The notes under the pieces were generated by a model. The model searched no databases, was not told where the DNA came from, and worked only from the letters and a program-made list of their open reading frames with translations. Positions 26,236-36,371 of a DNA stretch of 41,996 nucleotides are shown piece after piece. The DNA is from an uncultured Ruaniaceae bacterium (GTDB lineage: Bacteria > Actinomycetota > Actinomycetes > Actinomycetales > Beutenbergiaceae): assembly GCA_964564445.1 (NCBI GenBank), contig CAZMDO010000001.1, forward strand, positions 1 to 41,996, in the 5' to 3' direction. Both the position numbers and the translations under genes were made by a program. Each line of letters starts with the position of its first letter. The stretch's first letter is position 1.

Positions 26236-27417
26236 TCAGCCCGCGGTCGCGGCCAGCCACGCGGACGGGTCGGCGATCACCGGGGCCAGCGCGGCCCGGG
26301 CCGCACCGGTCAGGGCGGGGTGGTCCGCGGCGGTGGCCACCCGCAGGGTCACCGGTGCCCAGTGCGCGGCCAGCACCCGGGTGCCCAGCTCCGCCTCGAT
26401 CGCCGGTCGCATCGGCTCGGCGATCGAGGCCAGCGTGTTGCCGAGCACCACCTCGCTCACGTCCACCAGGTTCACCAGGGCGGCCAGCGCCACGCCCAGC
26501 GCCGTCCCGGCCCGCGCCACCGCTTCCTGGGCGCTGCCGTCCCCCTGCTCGACGGCGGAGCCCACCTGGGTCAGGTCGCTCGCCTCGGACAGTCCGGCAG
26601 CGCGCAGGATCGCTGCGGTGCCCGCGAAGGTCTCCAGGCAGCCGGTCGCCCCGCACCGGCACCGTGGCCCGGCCGGGTCCACGCAGACGTGCCCGAGCTC
26701 GCCGGCGAAGTTGTGCACCCCGGTGGCGAACGCGGCGTCGTGGACGACCGCGGCGCCGATACCCACCCCGCCGGAGACGTACAGGAACGAGCGGCTCTCG
26801 GCCACGGCCAGCTCGGCCAGTGCCGCCAGCCGCGCCTCGTTGTCCAGCCGCAGCGCACCGGGCAGACCGGGCAGGTGCTCGGCCGGGTCCACCTCCCGCC
26901 AGCCGAGGTTGGGGGCGACGAGCAGCCGGGAGTGTGCCACCAGCCCCGGCAGGGCCAGGGTGGTGCCGGCCACCTGCGTGCCCCGCGCGTGGGCCCGGGC
27001 GACCACCTCCTCGGCCAGCCCGGCCAGCTCGCCGAGCACGACGGCCGCCGCAGAGCCGCGGTGGTCGCCGGCCACCACCTCCTCGGCCACCACCTCGCCG
27101 GCCAGGTCCAGCACCCGGGCGCCGAGGAAGTCCAGGCTCACCTCCAGCCCCAGGCCGCCCACGGTGCACGGCGCCGGCCGGAGCGGGGTGGCCGGGCGAC
27201 CGGCGCCGGAGACCACCGGGGTGTCCTCGGTGACCAGACGGCCGGCGACCAGCTCGGCCACCAGGCGCGAGACCGTGGCCCGGTTCAGCCCGGTGCGGGC
27301 GGCGACCTCGGCCCGGGAGAGCGGTCGGGTGGCGGAGAGCACCTCGCGCGCCACCAGGGCGAGGTTGTGCTCGCGCAGGCTCTCCTGCCGTGCTGCGCGG
27401 CTGCTGGGCCGGTCCAT
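26236..27417 (-). CDS. xylR: ROK family xylose repressor
   Basis: [27 protein letters not shown] w[39 protein letters not shown]; divergent from xylAB. Confidence 0.88.
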   Translation of the reverse strand: MDRPSSRAARQESLREHNLALVAREVLSATRPLSRAEVAARTGLNRATVSRLVAELVAGRLVTEDTPVVSGAGRPATPLRPAPCTVGGLGLEVSLDFLGARVLDLAGEVVAEEVVAGDHRGSAAAVVLGELAGLAEEVVARAHARGTQVAGTTLALPGLVAHSRLLVAPNLGWREVDPAEHLPGLPGALRLDNEARLAALAELAVAESRSFLYVSGGVGIGAAVVHDAAFATGVHNFAGELGHVCVDPAGPRCRCGATGCLETFAGTAAILRAAGLSEASDLTQVGSAVEQGDGSAQEAVARAGTALGVALAALVNLVDVSEVVLGNTLASIAEPMRPAIEAELGTRVLAAHWAPVTLRVATAADHPALTGAARAALAPVIADPSAWLAATAG

Positions 27418-27422
27418 GACCC

Positions 27423-27467
27423 TTGACCTTAGACCAAGGACGGCATAAGTTGTTCCAAACAACAAAT
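27423..27467 (+). promoter_or_regulatory. xylA promoter with XylR-type operator; overlapping divergent xylR promoter
   Basis: TTGACC(27423-27428)-N17-TAAGTT(27446-27451); inverted repeat GTTGTT-CCA-AACAAC (27449-27463) overlaps the -10; minus-strand TAAGGT lies 8 nt before the xylR ATG. Confidence 0.75.
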
Positions 27468-27526
27468 CGGTTCGGCCGTGCACCGGAGGCGAGCCGACCA
27501 CCAGACTCACCGATGAGGAGCCCACC

Positions 27527-28705
27527 ATGGTCACCCCCACGCCCGACGACAAGTTCTCCTTCGGTCTGTGGACCGTCGGCTGGACCGCCCGCGACCAGTT
27601 CGGCGAGGCCACCCGGCCCGCGCTGGACCCGGGCGAGTACGCCACCAGGCTCGCCGAGCTCGGCGCCTGGGGCGTGACCTTCCACGACGACGACGTGGTC
27701 CCGTTCGGGTCCGACGAGGCGACCCGGACCCAGATCCTCACCGACTTCAAGAAGGCCACCGACGCCGCCGGGCTGGTGATCGAGATGGTCACCACGAACA
27801 CGTTCTCCCACCCGGTGTTCAAGGACGGCGCGTTCACCGCCAACGACCGGTCGGTGCGCCGCTTCGGTCTGCGCAAGGTGCTGCGGAACGTGGACCTGGC
27901 CGCCGAGCTCGGCGCGAGCACGTTCGTGATGTGGGGCGGGCGTGAGGGCAGCGAGTACGACGGCGTCAAGGACGTCAACGCCGCGCTGGACCGCTACCGC
28001 GAGGGCATCGACACCGTGGCCGGCTACATCAAGGAGCAGGGCTACGACCTCAAGATCGCCCTGGAGCCGAAGCCGAACGAGCCCCGTGGCGACATCCTGC
28101 TGCCCACTGTGGGCCACGCTCTCGGCTTCATCGCCGAGCTGGAGAACGGTGACATCGTCGGTCTGAACCCGGAGACCGGGCACGAGCAGATGGCCGGCCT
28201 GAACTACACCCACGGTCTGGCCCAGGCGCTGTGGGCGGGCAAGCTGTTCCACATCGACCTGAACGGGCAGCGCTCGATCAAGTACGACCAGGACCTGGTG
28301 TTCGGCCACGGCGACCTGCTCTCGGCCTTCTTCACCGTGGACCTGCTGGAGAACGGCTTCCCCGGCGGTGGACCGCGCTACGAGGGTCCGCGGCACTTCG
28401 ACTACAAGCCGTCCCGCACCGAGGGGTACGAGGGCGTCTGGGACTCGGCGAGGGCGAACATGGAGACCTACCTGCTCCTTGCCGCGAAGGCCAAGGCCTA
28501 CCGGGAGGACCCCGAGGTGCAGCAGGCGTTCGCCGACGCGGGCGTGCTCGAGCTGTCCCAGCCGACGCTCGCCGAGGGGGAGACCGTGGCCGACCTGCTC
28601 GCCGACCGCAGCTCCTTCGAGGACTTCGACGCCGACGCCGCCGGCGAGCGCAACTACGGCTTCGTCCGGCTGAACCAGCTGGCCCTGCGGCACCTGATCG
28701 GCTAA
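27527..28705 (+). CDS. xylA: Xylose isomerase
   Basis: [58 protein letters not shown]. Confidence 0.97.
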   Translation: MVTPTPDDKFSFGLWTVGWTARDQFGEATRPALDPGEYATRLAELGAWGVTFHDDDVVPFGSDEATRTQILTDFKKATDAAGLVIEMVTTNTFSHPVFKDGAFTANDRSVRRFGLRKVLRNVDLAAELGASTFVMWGGREGSEYDGVKDVNAALDRYREGIDTVAGYIKEQGYDLKIALEPKPNEPRGDILLPTVGHALGFIAELENGDIVGLNPETGHEQMAGLNYTHGLAQALWAGKLFHIDLNGQRSIKYDQDLVFGHGDLLSAFFTVDLLENGFPGGGPRYEGPRHFDYKPSRTEGYEGVWDSARANMETYLLLAAKAKAYREDPEVQQAFADAGVLELSQPTLAEGETVADLLADRSSFEDFDADAAGERNYGFVRLNQLALRHLIG

Positions 28706-28714
28706 GCAGGAACC

Positions 28715-30172
28715 ATGAGCCGCACCGAAGGAACCCTGGTTGCCGGGATCGACTCCTCCACCCAGTCCGCGACCGTGGTGGTGCGGGACGCAGCGACCGG
28801 CGCCCTGCGCCGGTTCGGCTCCGCCCCGCACCCGCCGGGCACCGAGGTGGACCCGGAGGCCTGGTGGCAGGCCCTGCAGCAGGCGATCGCTGCGGCCGGA
28901 GGGCTGGACGACGTCGCCGCGGTCAGCGTGGGCGGACAGCAGCACGGCATGGTCGCCCTGGATGCCGACGGCGAGGTGGTGCGCCCGGCGCTGCTGTGGA
29001 ACGACACCCGCAGCGCCGGGGCGGCCAACGACCTGATCGCCGAGCTGGGCGATGGTGACCCGGACGCCGGCCGGCAGGTGTGGGCGCAGCGGGTGGGCCT
29101 GGTGCCGGTCGCCTCGTTCACCATCACCAAGCTGCGCTGGCTGGCCGAGCACGAACCGGACAACGCCGCCCGCGTGGCCGCGGTGGCGCTGCCGCACGAC
29201 TGGCTCACCTGGCGGCTGGCCGGCGACGGGCCCGGCACGGATGGGCTGTCCCGGCTGACCACCGACGCCTCGGACGCCTCGGGCACCGGCTACTTCGACG
29301 CGGTCAGCGGCCGCTACCAGCTCGACCTGCTCGAGCGCGGCTTCGGCCGCCGGATCGCCGTGCCGGAGGTGGTCGCCCCCGGTGTCGTGGCACGCACCCG
29401 CGCCCGGGCCGGCGGCCCGGACCTGCTCCTCGGTGCCGGGGCGGGCGACAACGCCGCAGCTGCCCTCGGCCTGGGGATGGGCGTGGGCGACGTGGCGATC
29501 TCCATCGGCACCTCCGGGGTGGTCTCGGCGGTCTCGGACACCCCGACCACCGACGCCAGCGGCACGGTCGCCTCCTTCGCCGACGCGTCCGGGCACTTCC
29601 TCCCGCTGCTGGCCACCCTGAACGGCAGCCAGGTGTTCGACGCGGTCGGCGACCTCCTCGGTGTCAGCCACGCCGACTTCGCCGAGCTCGCCCTCTCCGC
29701 CCCGGCCGGTGCCGACGGCCTGACCCTGGTGCCCTACCTGGAGGGTGAGCGCACCCCGAACCTGCCGGACGCGACCGGGGCGGTGCACGGGGTGCGCCGC
29801 GCGAACCTGACGCCCGCGCACCTGGCGCGTGCCGCCGTCGAAGGGGTGCTCTCCGGCCTGGCCGACGCGCTCGCAGCCCTGCGCGAGCAGGGCGTGCAGC
29901 CGCGCCGGATGATGCTGATCGGCGGGGCCGCCCGGTCGGCAGCCGTGCAGCAGATCGCGCCGGACGTGCTCGGCTCCGAGGTGCTCGTGCCCCCGCCGGG
30001 GGAGTACGTGGCCGACGGTGCCGCACGCCAGGCCGCCTGGGCGCTCAGCGGTGCGCAGGAGCAGCCGGAGTGGGAGCTCGCCGGAGTGCAGGCCTTCGCC
30101 CCGACCGGTGCCGGCTCCGACCTCGCACCGCGCTATGCCCGTGCGCGCACGATGACGCTCACGCGGAGCTGA
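28715..30172 (+). CDS. xylB: Xylulokinase
   Basis: [55 protein letters not shown]; follows xylA. Confidence 0.95.
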   Translation: MSRTEGTLVAGIDSSTQSATVVVRDAATGALRRFGSAPHPPGTEVDPEAWWQALQQAIAAAGGLDDVAAVSVGGQQHGMVALDADGEVVRPALLWNDTRSAGAANDLIAELGDGDPDAGRQVWAQRVGLVPVASFTITKLRWLAEHEPDNAARVAAVALPHDWLTWRLAGDGPGTDGLSRLTTDASDASGTGYFDAVSGRYQLDLLERGFGRRIAVPEVVAPGVVARTRARAGGPDLLLGAGAGDNAAAALGLGMGVGDVAISIGTSGVVSAVSDTPTTDASGTVASFADASGHFLPLLATLNGSQVFDAVGDLLGVSHADFAELALSAPAGADGLTLVPYLEGERTPNLPDATGAVHGVRRANLTPAHLARAAVEGVLSGLADALAALREQGVQPRRMMLIGGAARSAAVQQIAPDVLGSEVLVPPPGEYVADGAARQAAWALSGAQEQPEWELAGVQAFAPTGAGSDLAPRYARARTMTLTRS

Positions 30173-30221
30173 CGCCGGACCGGATAGCCGGCCCCGACGC
30201 CCGCGCCGAGACCCGGCCCCC

Positions 30222-30255
30222 GACGCCCGCCCGGACCCTCGTCCGGGCGGGCGTC
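30222..30255 (+). terminator. Hairpin terminator of xylAB
   Basis: Perfect 15-bp stem GACGCCCGCCCGGAC-cctc-GTCCGGGCGGGCGTC about 50 nt after the xylB stop. Confidence 0.8.
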
Positions 30256-30415
30256 CTGCTCTGCCTGCCGCTAGCGGGCCCGCTGCTGGGCCTGAGGGTT
30301 CCGACTGCCTGCCGCCCGGCGCTGAGCGCTCCCGCTGCCCCCGGCTGCAGGCGTGGCGGGCATGGTCGTCGGTACGCCCCTGGCCGCCTGGGAGCGTGCC
30401 CGGCGGGACCGGCGA

Positions 30416-30586
30416 GGAACCGGTCTCCCAGGGTGACCAGCCGAACGACCGCCGTCGACCGGTTGCGCGGAAACGGGAGCATTCCAAGGAAAGTCCCGTA
30501 TCGCGGACGAATCTCCGAAGCCCTTTGCCAATCCATCCATGCTGAGGTAGTCTCGCCTCACCGAGAAACCGGTTCCCACCGGTTGC
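30416..30586 (+). promoter_or_regulatory. ABC operon promoter with repeated GAAACCGGTTCC-type operators
   Basis: TTGCCA(30525-30530)-N17-TAGTCT(30548-30553); GAAACCGGTTCC at 30565-30576, GGAACCGGTCTC at 30416-30427, weaker ACCGGTTGC copies near 30458 and 30578. Confidence 0.75.
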
Positions 30587-30656
30587 CTGACCAATCGGCT
30601 CGACGACGAGGGGCAACGCCAATGCGGGCGACAACGACATGGAGGGTGGTCACGCG

Positions 30657-31631
30657 ATGAGTGCACCCCTGCTCACCCGGCATGCCGGGCCGGTCGAGCC
30701 TGCGCCCCGGGAGGCCCGGCCGCGGACCGGCCGGCGCGGGGCGTCGATCTGGCGGCACAAGACGCTGTACCTGATGGCGTTGCCGGGGATCGTGTACTTC
30801 CTGGTCTTCAAGTACCTGCCGATGGGCGGGTTGGTGATCGCCTTCCAGGACTACATGCCCTTCCTCGGTGTGTCCGGCAGCCCGTGGGTCGGCTTCGACC
30901 ACTTCGTGCGGCTGTTCACCGAAGACACCTTCTTCATGCTGCTGCGCAACACCCTGATCGTCTCGCTGCTGCTGCTGGTGTTTGCCTTCCCGGTGCCGAT
31001 CATCCTGGCGCTGATGCTCAACGAGATCCGCTCCCGGCTGTTCAAGCGCTCCTTGCAGTCGATCGTGTACCTGCCGCACTTCATGTCCTGGGTGATCGTG
31101 GTCTCCCTCTTCTATGTGCTGCTGACCACCGACAACGGCGCGATCAACAACGTGATCGCCAACGCCGGCGGGGAGGAGATCTCCTTCCTCACCGACCCGG
31201 GCTGGCTGCGCCCGATGTATGTGTTCCAGAACATCTGGAAGTCCGCCGGCTGGGGCACGATCGTCTACCTCGCCGCCCTGACTGCCGTGGACGTGAGCCT
31301 GTACGAGGCGGCCGAGCTGGACGGTGCCGGGCGCTGGCGGCAGACCTGGCACATCACCCTGCCGGCGATCCGGCCGACGATCGTGGTGATGTTCATCCTC
31401 GCCATCGGCGACTTCCTCGAGCTCGGCTTCGAGCACATGTTCCTGCTGCTGAACTCGCTGAACCGGGAGGTGGCGGAGATCTTCGACACCTACGTCTACA
31501 CCGCCGGTATCCAGAACGGCCAGCTCAGCTACGCCACCGCCGTCGGCATGTTCAAGGGGCTGGTCGGGCTGATCCTCGTGGTCATCGCGAACCGGCTGGC
31601 GAAGAAGTTCGGCGAAGAAGGCGTGTACTGA
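30657..31631 (+). CDS. Carbohydrate ABC transporter permease (LplB/YteP type)
   Basis: FKYLPMGG.VIAFQDY, SPWVGFDHF, YLPHFMSWV, EAA loop SLYEAAELDGAGRWRQTWHITLP, DTYVY; RBS GGAGGG. Confidence 0.93.
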   Translation: MSAPLLTRHAGPVEPAPREARPRTGRRGASIWRHKTLYLMALPGIVYFLVFKYLPMGGLVIAFQDYMPFLGVSGSPWVGFDHFVRLFTEDTFFMLLRNTLIVSLLLLVFAFPVPIILALMLNEIRSRLFKRSLQSIVYLPHFMSWVIVVSLFYVLLTTDNGAINNVIANAGGEEISFLTDPGWLRPMYVFQNIWKSAGWGTIVYLAALTAVDVSLYEAAELDGAGRWRQTWHITLPAIRPTIVVMFILAIGDFLELGFEHMFLLLNSLNREVAEIFDTYVYTAGIQNGQLSYATAVGMFKGLVGLILVVIANRLAKKFGEEGVY

Positions 31632-31661
31632 CCCGCTGGGCGGAGAAGGAGGTGTGCACCG

Positions 31662-32438
31662 ATGTTGTCCTATGAAGGCCTGGTCCGGCTCAACCACATC
31701 CTGTCCGGTTTCTACCGGCTGATCTGGCTGAACCTGCTCTGGCTGGCCACCTGCGTGCTCGGCCTGGGTCTGTTCGGCGTGGGTCCGGCGACCTACGCGT
31801 TCGCCAAGTACGTGGACCGCTGGTTCCGCCTCGGGGAGCTGCCACCGGTCACCGTGATCTTCCGCCGCTCGCTGACCGAGCTGGGTTGGCGGCCGGTGCT
31901 GGTGAGCTGGGTGCTGCTGGCCGCCGCGGCCGTGATCGGGGTGAACCTGCTCAGTGCGCCCAGCTGGTACCTGCGGGTGGCGAACCTGGCAGCGCTCGTG
32001 GTGCTGGCGGTGATCGGCGCCTACGTGTACTTCGTGCTCGCGGCCCTGGACGTGCCCTCGATCCGGTCCACCCTCAGTGCTGCCCTGCTGCTCGGGGTGG
32101 GTTCGCTGCACTGGACCATCGTGGGCACCGCCGGGGTGACCCTCACCTACTGGCTGATGGCCAGCTTCGCTGCCCCGCTGCTGCCGCTGGTCGGCATCGC
32201 GCTGCCGATCGCTGTGGTCGGGGCGATCGTGCGGCCGGTGTTCCGCCAGCTCGCGGAGGCCGATGCCGCCGATGGTGCGGCCTCCCCGGCGGCTCCGGCC
32301 CCGACCCCTTCGACCACGGCTCGTCCGACTGCGACGACCCGTACCCGACGTGACCGCAATGACGCACCCGCAGACACCCCTGTGCCCGGACGGTCCGGGC
32401 CGCTGGAACTGCACCTGGAGAAAGGATCCGTAGCATGA
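31662..32438 (+). CDS. YesL/DUF624 family membrane protein
   Basis: RLIWLNLLWL..LGLGLFGVGPAT signature; several TM helices; RBS AAGGAGG. Confidence 0.8.
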   Translation: MLSYEGLVRLNHILSGFYRLIWLNLLWLATCVLGLGLFGVGPATYAFAKYVDRWFRLGELPPVTVIFRRSLTELGWRPVLVSWVLLAAAAVIGVNLLSAPSWYLRVANLAALVVLAVIGAYVYFVLAALDVPSIRSTLSAALLLGVGSLHWTIVGTAGVTLTYWLMASFAAPLLPLVGIALPIAVVGAIVRPVFRQLAEADAADGAASPAAPAPTPSTTARPTATTRTRRDRNDAPADTPVPGRSGPLELHLEKGSVA

Positions 32439-33943
32439 ATCACCGGAAGAGGATCGCTGGCGGCACCGCTGCTGTGCTCGCCGCCACCCTTGCGCTGACC
32501 GCCTGCGGCAGCGGAGACGGCGGCTCGGGCGGCGGCGACGACGGGCCGCTGACCTGGATGGCGATGCTGCACACGCCCACCACCCCGGACCCGGACGGTC
32601 CGATCCACGAGGCGCTGGTGGAGTACACCGGCACCGACTTCGAGATGCAGTGGGTGCCGGACGCCTCCAAGGAGGAGAAGATCAACGCGGCGCTCGCCTC
32701 CGGCGCGCTGGCCGACATCACCTCCCTCACCCAGATCAGCTCCACCACGGTCCGCAACGCGCTCACCTCGGGCATGTTCTGGGACGTGGAGCCCTACCTC
32801 TCGGAGTTCGACAACCTGTCCCAGATCCCCGAAGCCACCATCGACGTGGCCCGCGTGGACGGGCACCTGTACGGGATTCCGTTCCAGAAGCCGATCGCCC
32901 GGTACGGGGTGCTGGTGCGCCAGGACTGGCTGGACAACCTCGGCCTGGAGGCCCCGCACACCCTGGACGAGCTGGCGGACGTGGCCCAGGCGTTCACCGA
33001 GGACGACCCGGACGGCAACGGCCAGGACGACACCACCGGCTTCATCGAGCGTGCGGAGAGCTTCAGCCTGTCCTTCCGCATCCTCGCCGGCTACTTCGGC
33101 GCGGGGGACAAGTTCCAGCTCGACGACGAGGGCAACATCGTGCCGGCCTTCACCACCGACGCCTGGAAGGAGGCGATGGAGTGGTACCGGAACATCTACG
33201 AGAACGGCTGGATGAACCAGGAGTTCGTCACCATGCAGAAGGACAACCAGCGCGACGCGATCGCGCGCGGTGAGGGCGGCATCGTCATCACCGGTCTGTT
33301 CGAGGCTCGTGGCTACCTGGAGCTCGCGGAGAGCATCGACCCGGAGACCCCGATGGCCTGGGCGCAGATCAACGACATGACCTATGGTGACGTGCCTCGC
33401 CGGATCGTCTCGGACACCAACGGTGGTATGGGCGGCTGGCTGGCGATCAACACCCAGACTGTGGAGAGCGAGGACGAGCTGCGCGAGGTGCTCGGCTTCA
33501 TCGACTCCCTGCTGGACGAGGAGCCGTTCACGCTGATGACCCAGGGCATCGAGGGTGAGCACTTCGAGGTCGACGAGAACGGGGTCTACTCCCGGATCAA
33601 CCAGACCGAGTGGGAGCAGGAGGTCCAGCCCTACTCCAGCTCGCGACCGGCGGACAACGTGATCATCTTCAAGTCCGACAACGAGTACGTGAACCGGGCG
33701 AACGAGCTGATGGCCGAGAACAACGAGTACGCCGTGGTCAACCCGGCCCAGTCGCTCACCTCGGAGACCTTCGACCGGCAGTGGTCCACCATCGACCAGA
33801 CCGTGATGGACGCCTTCAACCGGTTCATCGTCGGCGACCTGGACATGGCCGGCTACGAGGCGGCGATCGAGTCCACCCGCAGCCAGGGGCTGGACGACAT
33901 CATCGCCGAGTTCACCGAGTCCTACAACGCCGTCAACGGCTGA
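32435..33943 (+). CDS. ABC transporter solute-binding lipoprotein (LplA/YtcQ type, probably for pectic oligosaccharides)
   Basis: Lipobox LTAC; WVPD..EEKINAALASG, DGHLYGIP, VRQDWLDNLGLEAP.TLDE, DPDGNGQDDT, GIEGEHF; ATGA overlap with the previous gene. Confidence 0.92.
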   Translation: MNHRKRIAGGTAAVLAATLALTACGSGDGGSGGGDDGPLTWMAMLHTPTTPDPDGPIHEALVEYTGTDFEMQWVPDASKEEKINAALASGALADITSLTQISSTTVRNALTSGMFWDVEPYLSEFDNLSQIPEATIDVARVDGHLYGIPFQKPIARYGVLVRQDWLDNLGLEAPHTLDELADVAQAFTEDDPDGNGQDDTTGFIERAESFSLSFRILAGYFGAGDKFQLDDEGNIVPAFTTDAWKEAMEWYRNIYENGWMNQEFVTMQKDNQRDAIARGEGGIVITGLFEARGYLELAESIDPETPMAWAQINDMTYGDVPRRIVSDTNGGMGGWLAINTQTVESEDELREVLGFIDSLLDEEPFTLMTQGIEGEHFEVDENGVYSRINQTEWEQEVQPYSSSRPADNVIIFKSDNEYVNRANELMAENNEYAVVNPAQSLTSETFDRQWSTIDQTVMDAFNRFIVGDLDMAGYEAAIESTRSQGLDDIIAEFTESYNAVNG

Positions 33944-33948
33944 TCGAT

Positions 33949-33985
33949 CCCGGGGCGCCGGCCCACGACCGGCCGGCGCCCCGGG
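33949..33985 (+). terminator. Intra-operon stem-loop after the solute-binding protein gene
   Basis: Perfect 15-bp stem CCCGGGGCGCCGGCC-cacgacc-GGCCGGCGCCCCGGG, no U tract. Confidence 0.7.
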
Positions 33986-34009
33986 TCCCCCCGCAAAGAG
34001 AGAGTCCCC

Positions 34010-34486
34010 GTGCCCACCATGACCACCGCCCGCCGATGGCCCACCGACGGCCACTCCGTGCCCCCGGCGCCGAGCCGGACGGCCGAGCTGTGGCTGACCG
34101 GAATCGGAGCGGGGCTCGCCACGGTCTTCCTCGGCGGTTTCGCCGTGGTGGTCAACCGGATCGATCTGGCCACCTTCGAGGAGGTGGTTCGCCCGGTGCT
34201 GCTCGCCGGGGCGCAGGACCTCACCCCGGCGGAGGCCTTCGAGGCCGGGCAGACGCTCAGCGCCTGGTTCGGCTTCACCCTGCTGCTGGTGCTCGCGCTG
34301 GCTGCGGTGGCCGTGCTGGCCGTCCGCCGCCGTCCGCACCAGCGCCGCAACGCCTGGTGGCTGCTCGCCGCCGGTCTGGTCTGCCTGTTCGGTAGCCAGC
34401 TGATCGCCTACCCGATCGCCTTCTTCTTCTTCCTCGGCGCCGGCCTGCTGGCCGTGCGCCCCGTCCGGGACGGGAGCCCCGCATGA
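34010..34486 (+). CDS. Small membrane protein (DUF4064-like)
   Basis: SRTAELWLTGIG N-terminal motif, 3-4 TM segments; ATGA overlap with the downstream permease. Confidence 0.7.
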   Translation: MPTMTTARRWPTDGHSVPPAPSRTAELWLTGIGAGLATVFLGGFAVVVNRIDLATFEEVVRPVLLAGAQDLTPAEAFEAGQTLSAWFGFTLLLVLALAAVAVLAVRRRPHQRRNAWWLLAAGLVCLFGSQLIAYPIAFFFFLGAGLLAVRPVRDGSPA

Positions 34487-35397
34487 CTGCCAGCACCGCC
34501 ACGAAGCTGACCTACCGGCCGGACCGGCTGCGTGCGCCCAGCCCCGGGCGCCGGGTGTTCCAGGTGGTCAACGGCACCCTGCTGGTCGGCTTCGCGCTGA
34601 TCTGCCTGCTGCCGTTCCTGCACGTGATCGGCAGCTCGCTGGCCTACCCCGGGGAGCTGGCCACCCGCGCGTTCGTGATCATCCCGCGCCAGTTCACCCT
34701 GGACGCCTACCGGTACGTGCTGTCCACGCCGACGATCTTCCGCGCCATGGGCGTCTCGGTGTTCGTGACCGTGGTGGGCACCTTCCTGTCCCTGCTGGTC
34801 ACCTCGCTGATGGCCTACGCGCTGGGCAAGCGGCACCTGCGCGGGCGGCGGGTGGTCAACTTCCTGGTGGTCTTCACGATGCTGTTCAGCGGCGGCATGA
34901 TCCCGCTGTTCATCGTGGTCAACGGGCTCGGCATGCTGGACAGCATCTGGTCGCTGATCCTGCCGTTCACCGTGAACGCGTTCAACTTCGTGATCATGCG
35001 CAGCTTCTTCCAGGGCATCCCGGACAGCCTGGAGGAGGCTGCCCGTATCGACGGCTGCTCCGAGCTGGGCGTGTTCGTGCGCATCGTGCTGCCGCTCTCG
35101 GTGGCCTCGATCGCCACCATCGGCCTGTTCTACGCGGTCTCCTACTGGAACACCTACATGTGGGCGATCCTGTTCATCAACGACTCCACGCTGTGGCCGA
35201 TCCAGGTGCTGCTGCGCCAGATCGTCATCGTGGCCAGCGGGCTGAACGCGGACGCCTCGGTGGTGGAGGTGGTGCCACCGGCGCAGTCGGTGAAGATGGC
35301 CGTGATCGCCGTGGCCACCCTGCCGATGCTGATCGTCTACCCGTTCATCCAGCGCTACTTCGTCAAGGGCGCCCTCATCGGCTCGGTGAAGGGCTGA
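34483..35397 (+). CDS. Carbohydrate ABC transporter permease (LplC/YtcP type)
   Basis: FTMLFSGGMIP, EAA loop SLEEAARIDGCSE, GLFYAVSYWN, YPFIQRYFVKGALIGSVKG. Confidence 0.93.
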   Translation: MTASTATKLTYRPDRLRAPSPGRRVFQVVNGTLLVGFALICLLPFLHVIGSSLAYPGELATRAFVIIPRQFTLDAYRYVLSTPTIFRAMGVSVFVTVVGTFLSLLVTSLMAYALGKRHLRGRRVVNFLVVFTMLFSGGMIPLFIVVNGLGMLDSIWSLILPFTVNAFNFVIMRSFFQGIPDSLEEAARIDGCSELGVFVRIVLPLSVASIATIGLFYAVSYWNTYMWAILFINDSTLWPIQVLLRQIVIVASGLNADASVVEVVPPAQSVKMAVIAVATLPMLIVYPFIQRYFVKGALIGSVKG

Positions 35398-35434
35398 ACC
35401 AGCATCCGCACCAGGGCGGGCACGCCCTTCGCGG

Positions 35435-36364
35435 TCAGTGCAGCAGCGCCACCACCGCCACCATCAGCGGCAGCGAGGCGAACGTGGTGATCACCTGGGC
35501 GTCGCGCGCCAGGCGCTGCCCGGCCTCGAACTGCATCGCATAGACCAGCACGTTCTGGGCAGTGGGCAGCGCGGCCATCAGCACGACGGCGAACCTCGCC
35601 TCGGCGGGGACGCCCACCAGGTCCGCCACCAGGTAGGTGAGCACCGGGTGCACCACGGTCCGCAAGGTCGCCGCGGTGAGCACGCCGGCCCAGTGGGTGC
35701 CCACCGGCGGCTGGGGCGCACTGCCTGGGGGCGGGGCCGAACGCACCATGGACATGCCCAGGGTGAGCAGCGCCAGCGGTGCCGCGGTGGCGGCCAACGC
35801 CTCCAGCGGCTGCCAGAGCACCGCCGGTGGCTGCCAGCCGGCCAGGGCCAGCGCCAGCCCGGCCAGGGCGCCGATCGTCAGCGGGCTGCGCAGCGCGCGG
35901 GTCACCGCGTCCCGGCGGCGCCCGGCGCGGCTGTCGCCGACCGCGAAGGCCACCGGCGCCAGCACCAGCAGCTGCAGCAGCATCGTGGGCACCACGGCCA
36001 GGGCATCACCGAGCACGTACACCGCGACCGGGATGCCCAGGTTGCCGGCGTTGAGGTAGCTGGAGGCCAGCGTGCCCACGGTGCCGGTGGCGCGGTCGGT
36101 GCGCAGCACCAGGCCGAAGATCGCGGCGGCGATTCCCGCCACCACCACCGTGCTCACCCAGGTGGTCAGCGCCGCGGAGGTGAGCAGCAGGTCCAGGTCG
36201 GCGCTGCCGATCGTGGTGATCAGCAGGCTCGGCGTGGCCAGGGTGAACACCACTCGGGCAAGCACCCTGGGCGCCTCCGGGCCGAGCACCCTGGTGGTGG
36301 CCAGCAGCCAACCGGCGGCCGCGATGAGCGTCATCGTGCCCAGCGCGGTCAGCACGGCTGTCAT
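35435..36364 (-). CDS. AEC family (auxin efflux carrier-like) transporter
   Basis: LARVVFTLATPSLL, SSYLNAGNLGIPV, APLALLTLG, MAALPTAQNV; about 10 TM; start at ATG 36364. Confidence 0.88.
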   Translation of the reverse strand: MTAVLTALGTMTLIAAAGWLLATTRVLGPEAPRVLARVVFTLATPSLLITTIGSADLDLLLTSAALTTWVSTVVVAGIAAAIFGLVLRTDRATGTVGTLASSYLNAGNLGIPVAVYVLGDALAVVPTMLLQLLVLAPVAFAVGDSRAGRRRDAVTRALRSPLTIGALAGLALALAGWQPPAVLWQPLEALAATAAPLALLTLGMSMVRSAPPPGSAPQPPVGTHWAGVLTAATLRTVVHPVLTYLVADLVGVPAEARFAVVLMAALPTAQNVLVYAMQFEAGQRLARDAQVITTFASLPLMVAVVALLH

Positions 36365-36371
36365 CGAGGCA

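Noticed and set aside
26018-30640. 1540-aa minus-strand ORF
   Set aside because: Overlaps xylA/xylB antisense and xylR out of frame; no domain signal.
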